From the NCBI GenBank assembly GCA_048941285.1, contig JBHLNS010000009.1:36893-100892 (forward strand): a DNA stretch of 64,000 nt, written 5' to 3'. The position numbers and the translations under genes are program-made. Shown piece by piece: positions 48,787 to 58,500 of this stretch. The notes below the pieces were generated by a model. The model did no database searches, was not told the origin of the DNA, and saw nothing but the letters and a program-made list of their open reading frames with translations. The DNA comes from Promethearchaeota archaeon (GTDB taxonomy: Archaea; Asgardarchaeota; Lokiarchaeia; Sigyniarchaeales; SOKP01). Numbering within the stretch: the first letter of the stretch is position 1; each line of letters starts with the position of its first letter.

Positions 48787-49323
48787 ATGCAGAAAAAGAG
48801 ATTGAATTCAGTTACTTTTAAAATTTTCAACATAATTCTATCATTACTAATCCTTATAAGTTGGTTATATATTGCCAGTCTAAATTGGACTGAACCCCCA
48901 TGGTTTACTGAACCCCCATGGCTTAGAGATCCATATTGGTTCTCTTGTATATGCAATAGTACTAATGATGTGCTGAAAAACTATATCCTAAATAATTTTA
49001 TACCAAATATTGCTTTATTATTTACTTTCATTAGTATTTTCTTCTTAAGAAACACCATGAGTGGAAATATTAACTATCTAGAGAGGAAACTCATGAAATT
49101 TACATTTTCCTGTATGGCACTTACATCTATACTATTTATAGGAGTATTCAGAATGCCAGAACCACAATATTTGATATTATATAATTATCAGGGATATATA
49201 AATTACAGTGAGCTTATCCAAAACTACTTCTCTTTCCTATCTGTTATTAATATCCTTATAATTTTTATTTCTCTAGTAGGACTTCTGCTTATGAGCAAAT
49301 TAAAATTAATCAGAAGGTTGTAA
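48787..49323 (+). CDS. 4-TM membrane protein, paralog of 63412..63969
   Basis: Shares SWL.I.SLNW, I.YLE..LMK.TF and Y.GYI; internal WTEPPW/FTEPPW duplication. Confidence 0.75.
   Translation: MQKKRLNSVTFKIFNIILSLLILISWLYIASLNWTEPPWFTEPPWLRDPYWFSCICNSTNDVLKNYILNNFIPNIALLFTFISIFFLRNTMSGNINYLERKLMKFTFSCMALTSILFIGVFRMPEPQYLILYNYQGYINYSELIQNYFSFLSVINILIIFISLVGLLLMSKLKLIRRL
48889..48921 (+). repeat. In-frame tandem duplication ACTGAACCCCCATGG x2 (18-nt period)
   Basis: Copies at 48889-48903 and 48907-48921. Confidence 0.85.
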
Positions 49324-49424
49324 AATCATAATTTAAAAATGTAATTGAGAAATTGATAATCCATCCTTCTCATCTCCAAGCATCCGATCCTTATAGCTTC
49401 ATTCACTTTACTTACTTGAGAATA

Positions 49425-49799
49425 TTATAGTACAAATGTGAATAGTAAATAAACAGATATCGCAATAATAAATATTATACAAATACTTTTCATTATTATA
49501 TCTTCTACTTTTGAACATAATTTCTTATTACAATTAAGGCATCTCAATCCACGAGTCATTGTTGGGTCTCCCAACAACCACCCTAAAGTGTGCTTTGGAC
49601 TATATGATTCTCTTATCGTTAAAATGTCCTTCTTATATCTTTTATAATATAATTCCTTTTGAATAGTTATTTCTTGCCAACCCTTACGTCCCATTGGTGG
49701 CCCAAATAGAAAAAATTTTATATTATGTGTACCACATTGAGGAGATTATTCTAAACTTTTATTTTCCACATATTATTCATTTTTACAATCATAACACAC
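49425..49799 (-). pseudogene. Decayed zinc-ribbon/membrane gene
   Basis: The 49425-49694 frame continues upstream as VCYDCKNE*YVENKSLE*SPQCGTHN, with two in-frame TAA. Confidence 0.55.
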
Positions 49800-50058
49800 T
49801 AATTTGATTCAAGACCACCATTTTATAGTAATAAATTCCCATTAGGAAATCTTATTTTACTGTAGTTTTATTTGGTTTTGATCTTAATAAAAATATTTCT
49901 ACCCATTACTAGTAATAAGCGAAAAATTACCTCCAAATTTATCAGTTTGAATGCAAATTAAGTTCGAATTATAGAGAAAGTTTATAATGTAAGCTGTTCA
50001 ATATTATAAATTAATCCATAATGCATTATAAAATTTGAAGGTCAAGTAGGAAATAAGT

Positions 50059-50589
50059 ATGTTTTGTCCTCATTGTGGTCAAAAATTAATTGATACGAAC
50101 CAAAAGTTTTGTCAACATTGTGGCGCTGAAGTTCTTACTGTGTCTAAAACACCTGATTATACTCCTGAAAGATTTCAGAGGGAACCCTCAACGAAAATAT
50201 ATTATGTTCCTGTGAAACAACAAACACAATTACAGAGGGGACCACCTGGAAAATATTCTAAAACGTGCCTTACAGGAGCTTTAGTATCCATCTTTATAGG
50301 AATCATATCTTTAATTATTGGATATTACTATCATGCGTTTTTCTACTTTGCCCATTATAGCTATTTTATAAATTTAATAGTATTGATTGGGTTCTTACTA
50401 ATGCGTGTGGGAGGATTAGTCTTGGCAGTTTTTTCTAAAGTAAATAGTTCAAAAGCCCAATTCCTCGAGCCCTATAATGATACTGAGAAAGCTGGAAGCA
50501 TCTTTGCAGTTTTTGGGATGATTATTAATGCAATAGGTATCTTTCTGTCTTTACTTGGTCCATGGTCTATTTTTAGTCCCCCATATTGA
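50059..50589 (+). CDS. Zinc-ribbon plus 3-TM protein
   Basis: MFCPHCG..FCQHCG followed by TM helices. Confidence 0.8.
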   Translation: MFCPHCGQKLIDTNQKFCQHCGAEVLTVSKTPDYTPERFQREPSTKIYYVPVKQQTQLQRGPPGKYSKTCLTGALVSIFIGIISLIIGYYYHAFFYFAHYSYFINLIVLIGFLLMRVGGLVLAVFSKVNSSKAQFLEPYNDTEKAGSIFAVFGMIINAIGIFLSLLGPWSIFSPPY

Positions 50590-50591
50590 TA

Positions 50592-50851
50592 TTATTTATT
50601 AATTTTCTTTCTCTTTATTAATTCGATTAATTCAAGTACCACTCCAAATACATTTACAGTATCCATGTAGACTTCTTTCATTCTTGGGGGAAACATGCCC
50701 GATTTAACTACATCTACTCTTTTTATTGAAAATTATCAATACATTTCTGAATATCGTCAACAAACACTCCAAAATGGTGCAGCGCTTTTTTCTGAGAATC
50801 CAAAGACTCTTTATATAAAGAATCACCTTTAAGTCATTGAAAAATCTCAAT
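50592..50851 (-). pseudogene. VOC/glyoxalase (methylmalonyl-CoA epimerase-like) pseudogene
   Basis: IEIFQ*LKGDSLYKE..ALHHFGVFVDD..FQ*, then a frameshift, then YMDT..FGVVLELIE; 5' half missing. Confidence 0.7.
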
Positions 50852-50914
50852 AGACGTAGTAATCACTATTCAAAATTAAATTTGACACTTTTATCTAATT
50901 GCTAAAATTTAAAG

Positions 50915-50990
50915 GAAAAATGCTGCTCAACAAAATACTCCAATAAATCTTCTCAACTCAAACTTCAACAAATAGACTTTTTACCCTCGT
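50915..50990 (+). repeat. Dispersed intergenic repeat family, degenerate copy (block B)
   Basis: ATACTCCAA is shared with 63206 and CTCAAACTTC with 61173. Confidence 0.5.
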
Positions 50991-51101
50991 ATACCGTTTT
51001 CTTTAGAAGTCTAATAATAACAGAATTTATTGAAAAAGGTTAATTATAATGGTTAATTAGGAATATTATAATCATAATTTGATTACAAAAGGTGGTCTAA
51101 A

Positions 51102-51563
51102 GTGAAAGTTCTAATAGTTTATTATACAAAGTATGGAAACACTGAAAAAGTAGCTAATTTAATTTCAGAAGGAATAACTTCAACTGAGGGTAACGAAGTA
51201 ATAGTTACTAATGTAAAAGATGTAAAACTTAAAAAAGATGATTCCTATGACTTAATCTTAATAGGATCTCCCGCTCATTTTGGAACTCATGTAGGGGCGG
51301 TAAAAAAATTTATTAATAAACTCCCAAATGCTCAATTAAAAGCAAAAACTTATGCAGTATTTGATACCTATATACCAGTTGATTTTGAGAAAGCAGTTAA
51401 AAAGATGGAGAAACAGATCAGTGAAAAGATGCCGGATTTACCAAAAGTAAGTCCAGGATTGTCCATAAAAGTTGATGGGATGAAAGGCCCTATAACAAAT
51501 GAGGATCTTCCAAAATGCAAAGAATTCGGCATCAAATTAGTACAAGCGTACAAATCTTTATGA
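51102..51563 (+). CDS. Flavodoxin family protein
   Basis: IVYYTKYGNTEKVA, IGSPAH, AVFDT and VDGMKGP. Confidence 0.88.
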   Translation: MKVLIVYYTKYGNTEKVANLISEGITSTEGNEVIVTNVKDVKLKKDDSYDLILIGSPAHFGTHVGAVKKFINKLPNAQLKAKTYAVFDTYIPVDFEKAVKKMEKQISEKMPDLPKVSPGLSIKVDGMKGPITNEDLPKCKEFGIKLVQAYKSL

Positions 51564-51693
51564 AGATTGGCATTATCTTATTTATTTTTTAATTTGTTAA
51601 TTCCTTATTATCCAAATTTATTATAGAAATAAGTAAAATTAGAAAAAAAAAGTGATTTGTGTAATTCTTATATAAGTTTTAGGATTTTCATTC

Positions 51694-52524
51694 TTATTTT
51701 ATTAATTTTTTCCTTAAAACATTCCAAACTTCTGGCTCAGCTGACTTACCAAAAATAGTAAATGGGCCTATTGCCTTAGCGCTAGGCATTGTAAAAGGAT
51801 GGATGCCATGAGTTCTCGCTATTTTTTTACCAGCGAGAAATAGATTATTAACAACAAGCTCCAATTTACTTTCTGGTATTGAAAAAATCATTTCATGATC
51901 TTGTACACCCGCTATAACGCGATCTCCCATTCCTGGTGAAACCACCTGACATTCATTAGTAAGATATGTTCGAATTATACCTTCTTTACAAGATGCTTCC
52001 ATCCCATTGAATTTACTTGTTATACAATCTCCATCGTAAGTAGCAGCTAAAATAAGATGTGATAAAATTAATGGTGTGACATATATCATCACTAAATGAG
52101 GTTTAATAATGGTTTGATTTAATGGAGAAATGACAAGTCCTTTAATTTGACCATAAGGCAGTTTCGCATCAGATTCGCGAGATTTTTTTTCCAAACTCGC
52201 ATTTCTTTTATAGGCTGCCTTTTTCTCCCACGCTTTATATAAGTCTTCAGTATCTGTTACTTGCTCTAATCCAAAATAACCTACACTTATTGGTTTACAG
52301 CCAATATCATTTTTTGTTAGATAAAAGGAAAACCCACTTCTACTACACCAAGTATAAGTTAAACATGCGGCAACTTCGGAACCGAACATATCTAATGGTT
52401 TTATTACGTTTGTTGGGACTTCTTCTTCTGGTTCTATCAACCTCACAGCAACGGGGTATGTAATAAGTTTCAATTTATTTATTAACGCATTTCCAATTTC
52501 TTTATAATGTTCTAAATCGGCCAT
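51694..52524 (-). CDS. DUF169-like protein
   Basis: LKLITYPVAV..C..GC..ISPL..P..C..GDRVIAGVQDHEMIFSIP. Confidence 0.75.
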   Translation of the reverse strand: MADLEHYKEIGNALINKLKLITYPVAVRLIEPEEEVPTNVIKPLDMFGSEVAACLTYTWCSRSGFSFYLTKNDIGCKPISVGYFGLEQVTDTEDLYKAWEKKAAYKRNASLEKKSRESDAKLPYGQIKGLVISPLNQTIIKPHLVMIYVTPLILSHLILAATYDGDCITSKFNGMEASCKEGIIRTYLTNECQVVSPGMGDRVIAGVQDHEMIFSIPESKLELVVNNLFLAGKKIARTHGIHPFTMPSAKAIGPFTIFGKSAEPEVWNVLRKKLIK

Positions 52525-52622
52525 ATTTTACTTCTTTATTTATTTTATTTTTATTTTAAAATAATAGTATTAAATTAGCTGGCTTTAATAATAAGCTTTT
52601 GTTGGAATAAAATTTCTATTTT

Positions 52623-52795
52623 TTTCAATGGAAATTCCAGTGAAATAAAACTCTGAATTTACTTTTGCGGCATAGAGGGCTAATACCTGTAAAAATGGTA
52701 AAAACAAGAAAAAAGAATAAAAAATTTGCTCTAGAACATACTCTCCCTAACCTTATTCTCTAATCTCTCCAAAAGCACTACTTATTCTCTCCTGC
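52623..52795 (+). repeat. Dispersed intergenic repeat family copy (blocks A and B)
   Basis: Palindrome at 52623-52645, CTCTGAATTTA at 52651, and TTGCTCTAGAACATACTC at 52726-52743, identical to 63194-63211. Confidence 0.75.
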
Positions 52796-52868
52796 TAATA
52801 AAATTTTTAAATTTTTGACTAATTTAATAAATATATTCGGGTAATATTAAGATTGAGGAGATAGATAA

Positions 52869-53666
52869 TTGAATTATAAACAATCATGGAGAATAATAGT
52901 ACCCATCATCTTAGGAATATCGGGTTTTATAATGATTTTAATTTCAGAAATAATTAATCAGATTCAAGGATCGAAAATTTTGATTATCGCCTGGCTTGCT
53001 AGTATTTTAATAACAATTTCAACCATTATTATAAGGTTTTATTCAATAGATCCTGAAAAATTTAAAGAGATCATTCAGAAGACAAATCCTGTAGAAAATC
53101 GTCAACTAAATCCACACCGCTTTTTAAACTGGATCACTATTGCAATGATCGTTGGACTTGTTGCCACAATTCTTATTGCTTATGACTTTATTATTGGAAT
53201 GATTATATATCTTCTAATGCAAATTTCCTTAATAATCGCCTTTTCTGGAATAGTTTTCATTAGCCCAAAAGTTCAAATAGGTCATCCAAAACTTCGTAAA
53301 ATCTTCTTAATATCTATCATATTTTGGATCGTGTTCATCCCACTGGTATTTTTTATCTTTGTTTGGAATGGTACAGAATCATTAATCGTAGTCCCTTATG
53401 TCGTTGCTATTGGCTCAATGGCATGTATATCTTGGTTTGGGGTTGGATACAATCAAAGATCAAAATTTTTTCGGTATTTTATTGTTGTCGCATCAAGTTT
53501 ATTTGTTTTTTCTGATCTCCTAATAGGAAATGCTAGATATGGAATATTGCGTATAGATGTTTATCTATTAATTGATATTACCTACGTCCTAAATATTTTG
53601 CTTATGTCTCATGCTCAACTTTTCTTACATGGCGTTCTAAGGCTCAATTCAAGTAAAAAAGAGTGA
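52869..53666 (+). CDS. YhhN/lysoplasmalogenase-like membrane protein
   Basis: Multiple TM segments; GMIIYLLMQI..AF, VVPYVVAIGSM and LFVFSDLLIG. Confidence 0.7.
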   Translation: MNYKQSWRIIVPIILGISGFIMILISEIINQIQGSKILIIAWLASILITISTIIIRFYSIDPEKFKEIIQKTNPVENRQLNPHRFLNWITIAMIVGLVATILIAYDFIIGMIIYLLMQISLIIAFSGIVFISPKVQIGHPKLRKIFLISIIFWIVFIPLVFFIFVWNGTESLIVVPYVVAIGSMACISWFGVGYNQRSKFFRYFIVVASSLFVFSDLLIGNARYGILRIDVYLLIDITYVLNILLMSHAQLFLHGVLRLNSSKKE

Positions 53667-53854
53667 AAAAACTATCTTAAGCTTGCCTTTCCAGTTTCTT
53701 TTCTTTATTAATTTCTTAACTTTTTCTTTTATTCTGTTCTTTAGGGGGTGTGACATCCCACCATAATATAAAAATTGCAATTAATGGACTCCTATTCTTT
53801 AATCAATCATCTTTGAGATGAATATATTAGATTTTAAAAAATCAAAATTCGAAA

Positions 53855-54604
53855 ATGAAAATGTCAAATATAGGTCTTAAAAAAGAATTCCATGATTTTG
53901 GGAAATATATCCAACTTGTAGCAATTTTAACTATTGTTAGCATTACCACTGGAATAGCTGGTTTTATCGCAATGATTTTTATTTTTATTGCTATGGCAAG
54001 TCTTAAAAGGGCAAATTATACATTAAATGATTCGTCTTTACATCAATTTCGCGCAAAATATATCAAGGGTTTTGTATCAAGAATTTGTGGTATGGTCGTC
54101 TTGATTATCGGAGGGGTTAATCTTGCTTTATTTTTCTTTATTTCATCCCCGTTCCCTATCTATATCTCGCTCTCTATACCTATAGTTCTCATGATATCAG
54201 GTATAGTGTTTATATATATAGGCGTAGCGGCTGAAATGAAAGCGTGGAAAAATCTGAAAATATTTTTTGAGAATAATTTTAAGATGTTTCCAGTTAATGT
54301 GTCTGAAGAGGCAATTAAGGGGTGTGATCAACTAAAGACAGGTACACTTCTAAGCTCACTATGGTTTTTAATTATTCCGGCAATCATCGGATTTATCTAT
54401 CAAGTAAAAGGATATTTTAATTTAGCAACATTAAACAAATTGTCGACTTATGACGCTCCAGAATCTTTAGATTTACAACCAGCCTTTCATGAGCCTGAAA
54501 TAATAAAAAAATCTGAAAGAAAAATCAATTTTTGCTCAAGTTGTGGAGCCAAATTATCTGAACTAGGAAATTTTTGTGCGTCATGTGGTTCAGAGATTAG
54601 ATAA
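53855..54604 (+). CDS. Membrane protein (DUF973-like) with C-terminal zinc ribbon
   Basis: TM helices; FCSSCG..FCASCG. Confidence 0.7.
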   Translation: MKMSNIGLKKEFHDFGKYIQLVAILTIVSITTGIAGFIAMIFIFIAMASLKRANYTLNDSSLHQFRAKYIKGFVSRICGMVVLIIGGVNLALFFFISSPFPIYISLSIPIVLMISGIVFIYIGVAAEMKAWKNLKIFFENNFKMFPVNVSEEAIKGCDQLKTGTLLSSLWFLIIPAIIGFIYQVKGYFNLATLNKLSTYDAPESLDLQPAFHEPEIIKKSERKINFCSSCGAKLSELGNFCASCGSEIR

Positions 54605-54914
54605 TATTTAATTTTTTTTTTTTTTAATTTATAACTATACATCTAGGCTTTTTTACGATTATTTGTAAAACTAGTAAAAGTTCTACTTTAGGTTCTGAGT
54701 AAACTCTTCTCCATGTTTGAGAACCTCAGCATTCTGTTTCCCCTTGTTTATAATATTAAAATAGGAATGGGTTGAAAAGTAAGTGTTCAAACACCCAGAA
54801 TGTTAATTTATGAGTGTTAAGTAATTAATTAGTGAAATTGTCCTACACTTTATATAGAATGTTTAACTATATTGCAGAAATTCAATAATTTAAATAGTAA
54901 AAAAGTGATTTTGA

Positions 54915-55229
54915 TTGCCAAAATGCCCTTTTTGTAAAGAAGAACTCGAATTAAAACTCGAAATAAGCCCAACACCCATCAATGACAAGTTTAAAAGTGA
55001 TTTATTAAATGCTTACGAAAGCTTTATAGAAATTCAAGCTGAAGTTGTCCCATTTGGGGGAAAGATGCTAAAAAGTATGGCAAAGTTTAGCCTAAAATTT
55101 GTTGATCGATATTTAGATCGAGTTGGAGCCATACCTCTAATATTACACTCTTGTTCAAGATGTGATTCTGTAATAACCTCCGAATCTTTGTTCGATTTAA
55201 TGTCTTCAAAAAGTTCAAGCTCATCATAA
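54915..55229 (+). CDS. Small protein with split zinc site
   Basis: CPFC...CSRC; TTG start. Confidence 0.65.
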   Translation: MPKCPFCKEELELKLEISPTPINDKFKSDLLNAYESFIEIQAEVVPFGGKMLKSMAKFSLKFVDRYLDRVGAIPLILHSCSRCDSVITSESLFDLMSSKSSSSS

Positions 55230-55528
55230 AAATTTTGACTTTTTTTCTATTTTCTTATTTTTTTTTTCTTATCCATTCTGAGAATGTAAGAATACAGACC
55301 ATTAAATATTATCACACACTCGTGCGGTTGAGAGTAGCGGGCTGAATATGTCGCTCGAAAGCTCCCCATGCCTACCTCCACCTCACTAACCCTGCTCTTT
55401 ATTAATATTTTACTTTCCCAACATAAAAACTGAAAAAATGGACTAATAAATGGAAAGGATAAAAATACTAATAAAAAAAAGAATAAAATTAAGTTATATT
55501 AATTGTATAAATATATCTTTTTAATGAA

Positions 55529-55927
55529 TTAAACCATAGCTAATTTAGATGTCTTAATAAGATTTGACCCAATATGGATTGGTTTTAATAAGCTTTTTAC
55601 ATCTCCATTACAATTTTGAAAACAATTCTTTAATTCTTGAATTACTTCTTTCATTTGTCCCTTATTTATATCTCTCTCGAGCTTGCTCTCTTCGTTTCTT
55701 ATCTTTATTATTGGAGATCCTTGATAGGAAATAAGCTTATTAGATTTTAAATCTCTTACAACTTTCTTTAACATATTTATCTCTATCTTTAAGAACTTAA
55801 TTTCCTCTTCTATATTAATAGGATTATCATGAAATTTTACAATTCTATAACAAGTGGGCCCATACCCTAATTTAATGCTTTTAGCTGATTTTAAAACTCT
55901 TCCACATCTCTTACACAAAAATACCAT
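55529..55927 (-). CDS. DUF6011-like zinc finger plus coiled coil
   Basis: CKRCGRVLKSAKSIKLGYGPTC matches the CxxCGRxL...G.GPxC pattern; AGGAG Shine-Dalgarno-like site. Confidence 0.75.
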   Translation of the reverse strand: MVFLCKRCGRVLKSAKSIKLGYGPTCYRIVKFHDNPINIEEEIKFLKIEINMLKKVVRDLKSNKLISYQGSPIIKIRNEESKLERDINKGQMKEVIQELKNCFQNCNGDVKSLLKPIHIGSNLIKTSKLAMV

Positions 55928-56259
55928 TTTTAACTCCCTTTCATAATAATTTACTAAAAGGCTTTTTTCTCACCTCGTTTTTGATCATAATAAAAATATG
56001 CTAATTTATAATTTTTGAATTTTGTCGAATGATCCTTAATTTTCATGTATGTCAATTGAAAATTATACAATTCTGTGATATTAACATAGCAAACATTTAA
56101 ACATTAAACTTATCATGTTATTAGTAATTTAAAAAAAAGAACATATGAAAAAGGTTGAGAGAAGAATTATTCTCATTAATTGAATTTCATTTCACAATAG
56201 AATATTCTTTCAACTGATTTTCACATTTTCAGAAATTTAATCGAAATGAGGTAAATTTT

Positions 56260-57000
56260 ATGGCACCAACTGACTATTCAGCCCTTAAGGATGAGGTTTT
56301 AGATCTTATTGCTAATAAAAAACACGGAAATGTTGTAAAGAAGCTATTAGGGGGATTTAAAAAGCTTGTACCCGATGAATATGATGCGATGGGTGAGATT
56401 TTCAAGGCTATCATCGAAGCAGACGTGGAGCAATTCAATGATAAAATATATAAAGGATTTATGTTCATGGCTTCAGCGAGATATGGACCAAAACTGGTTG
56501 ATTTTGAAAAGCATTTCATTAAGAAATTTTGTAAACTTCCAGGTGAGGAATTTAAGGTAATTACAGAAGGATGGCTACAAGACAGCAATTCAGAAATCAC
56601 AGGGATGCTTTACATATCGAATTATAGAATTATTGCTTCGGGAAAGAAGGAAATTAAACAAGCGAGATTAAGTGGAATGGGTTTGGAATTTATTAGACTG
56701 GGGTCTTATGCTGTCCATAAGTCAGTATCAGATTCCATAGCTAAATCCGTGGCAGCTGATATGGAGGCATCTAATATCTTGAATTATGGCCACATTTATC
56801 CATTTAAGGACAATTATGACATAGAAGAAAAGAAGATTAAAAAAGGTGTTATCAAGTATAAAGTAGACGTTCCTTTCACTGATAAAAAAGGGAAAGAAAA
56901 AGTTACTGACATGAATATTACCGTGATTGTTAAGAAAGGACCTGAAATGGATAAAGATATAGCTAAGGTAGCAGAAATACTCAAGAAAAATTCAAAATAA
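56260..57000 (+). CDS. Hypothetical protein with possible PH/GRAM-like domain
   Basis: LPGEEF..GMLYISNYRIIA resembles the GRAM/PH-like G.LY.T..RI.F pattern; GAGGT Shine-Dalgarno-like site. Confidence 0.6.
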   Translation: MAPTDYSALKDEVLDLIANKKHGNVVKKLLGGFKKLVPDEYDAMGEIFKAIIEADVEQFNDKIYKGFMFMASARYGPKLVDFEKHFIKKFCKLPGEEFKVITEGWLQDSNSEITGMLYISNYRIIASGKKEIKQARLSGMGLEFIRLGSYAVHKSVSDSIAKSVAADMEASNILNYGHIYPFKDNYDIEEKKIKKGVIKYKVDVPFTDKKGKEKVTDMNITVIVKKGPEMDKDIAKVAEILKKNSK

Positions 57001-57111
57001 TAGAAACTATTATAATTTTTTTTTTTGGTTTTCACTCCTCGAAAACATTTATATACTAATTCCAAATGCATTTATAAATTCTAAATATATTACATTTTTG
57101 GTGCAAAAATT

Positions 57112-57678
57112 ATGGTTGGAACAAAAGTTCATGTAGCATATGAGATTAAAGATCCACCACTAATAGTTAAGCCCAATGATGAAATTGAAGGAAAGATCAT
57201 TTTAACAAACGGAGAAAAAAAGGATAAAAAGTTAAAAAAGTTGTTTATTGAATTATTTGATATGTATAAAGAATTCGTCACTACCACAGATCCTCAATCC
57301 GGGGAAGAAACTGAAGCTTGGAGAGATCAAAAGAAGGAATTGAAGCAATGGGACATTATTTCTGGTGAGAAACTAAAGGCAGGTGAAACAAAAGAATATC
57401 CTTTTAAGATTAAATTACCAACATGGCAAAAAAAAAAGGGCAAGGGAAAAGAAGATGAGATATATAATAAATGGCGATTGGAGCTACATTTTAAGCAAAA
57501 AACAGCAATGGTAGCTTCTAGAGGATCTGAAAAACTAGATGCAACATGCATATTACCGGTAAAAGGCTCAAAATTAAATTCTTCATTTGGGGATGTTAAA
57601 TTAGCAAAAAAGCAGGCGAAACAAAAAAAAGCAGAAGAAAAAGCAAAAACAACGGAAGCAAAGAAAATTAATCCTTGA
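57112..57678 (+). CDS. Arrestin-N/SpoOM-like beta-sandwich protein
   Basis: PNDEIEGKIILT..KKLFIEL..LKAGETKEYPFKIKLP..WRL. Confidence 0.65.
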   Translation: MVGTKVHVAYEIKDPPLIVKPNDEIEGKIILTNGEKKDKKLKKLFIELFDMYKEFVTTTDPQSGEETEAWRDQKKELKQWDIISGEKLKAGETKEYPFKIKLPTWQKKKGKGKEDEIYNKWRLELHFKQKTAMVASRGSEKLDATCILPVKGSKLNSSFGDVKLAKKQAKQKKAEEKAKTTEAKKINP

Positions 57679-57725
57679 GAAGGTTTTTATAAATAATCTC
57701 TTTTTTTATTCCTCAATTGATTGTA

Positions 57726-57900
57726 ATTTTCTATAGAAATATTCATTGAAATCAGACTCTGCATTTAAATTTTCATGAAAAATGGAATAAGAAATAAAAT
57801 TTAGCTCTAGAACACACGTCTTCCTGCCTCATCTCAAACTAATCATCAGCTTAACTTAACGCTCCTTGCCACATCCTAAACCTGAACATTATGATTCCTA
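57726..57900 (+). repeat. Dispersed intergenic repeat family copy (blocks A and B)
   Basis: TTCATTGAAATCAGACTCTGCATTTA, GCTCTAGAACA at 57804-57814, ATCTCAAACT at 57831-57840, and CCTGAAC. Confidence 0.75.
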
Positions 57901-57938
57901 TTCAAGAAAAAAAAAAGATGAATTTTAGGTTTGATTTT

Positions 57939-58352
57939 TCAAACTTTAGGAGGGTTTTTTTCTGCCCAAGCAGGATATTTTTTAGCTAGTACTTCATAGT
58001 TCTCCATATATCTAGGCATCCCTATATCTTTTCTTATACCGAGAATAATTGGCTCTATTTTTTCCCACGTCATAGAACCCATTAAATCAAAGACTAGATC
58101 TTCACTAATAAGTTCCTTATTCACAAAAGTGCTTAAAAGCTCCATATAATTACAATAAGTTCTAATAAATCTGTTTCCTTCACTTTTCAATGGATATTTA
58201 GCTTTAAATTCGTCGTAATTCTCTATATCTAACTCTTCAAATATCCACCTATTAGCTTTTGAGAGTTTTTTATTTTGCCCCATTATTGCCAATAACTGAA
58301 GAAGTAAAGAAGCATCTTCTCTTGTTGGTTTTGACATTGGTGTCACCATCAT
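57939..58352 (-). CDS. DUF4760-like protein
   Basis: PTREDASLLLQL..YMELLSTFVNKELISEDL..WEKIEP..R..YMENYEVLA. Confidence 0.7.
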   Translation of the reverse strand: MMVTPMSKPTREDASLLLQLLAIMGQNKKLSKANRWIFEELDIENYDEFKAKYPLKSEGNRFIRTYCNYMELLSTFVNKELISEDLVFDLMGSMTWEKIEPIILGIRKDIGMPRYMENYEVLAKKYPAWAEKNPPKV

Positions 58353-58500
58353 TGGAAAATGAAAAATTGTTATTTAAGTCTTATGCTTCAGCTGTACTTC
58401 TTGTCTCTGAACAAATTTTACATTGCTCCATTTAAGACTCATCACAGACACTCTAAAACTTAAGATCTTGATATGACCATAATCTTTATTAGATTCGAGT

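Noticed and set aside
50592-50851. In-frame TGA as selenocysteine
   Set aside because: The same frame also has a TAA and a frameshift, so it is a pseudogene. No SECIS-linked selenoprotein candidate was seen in the window.
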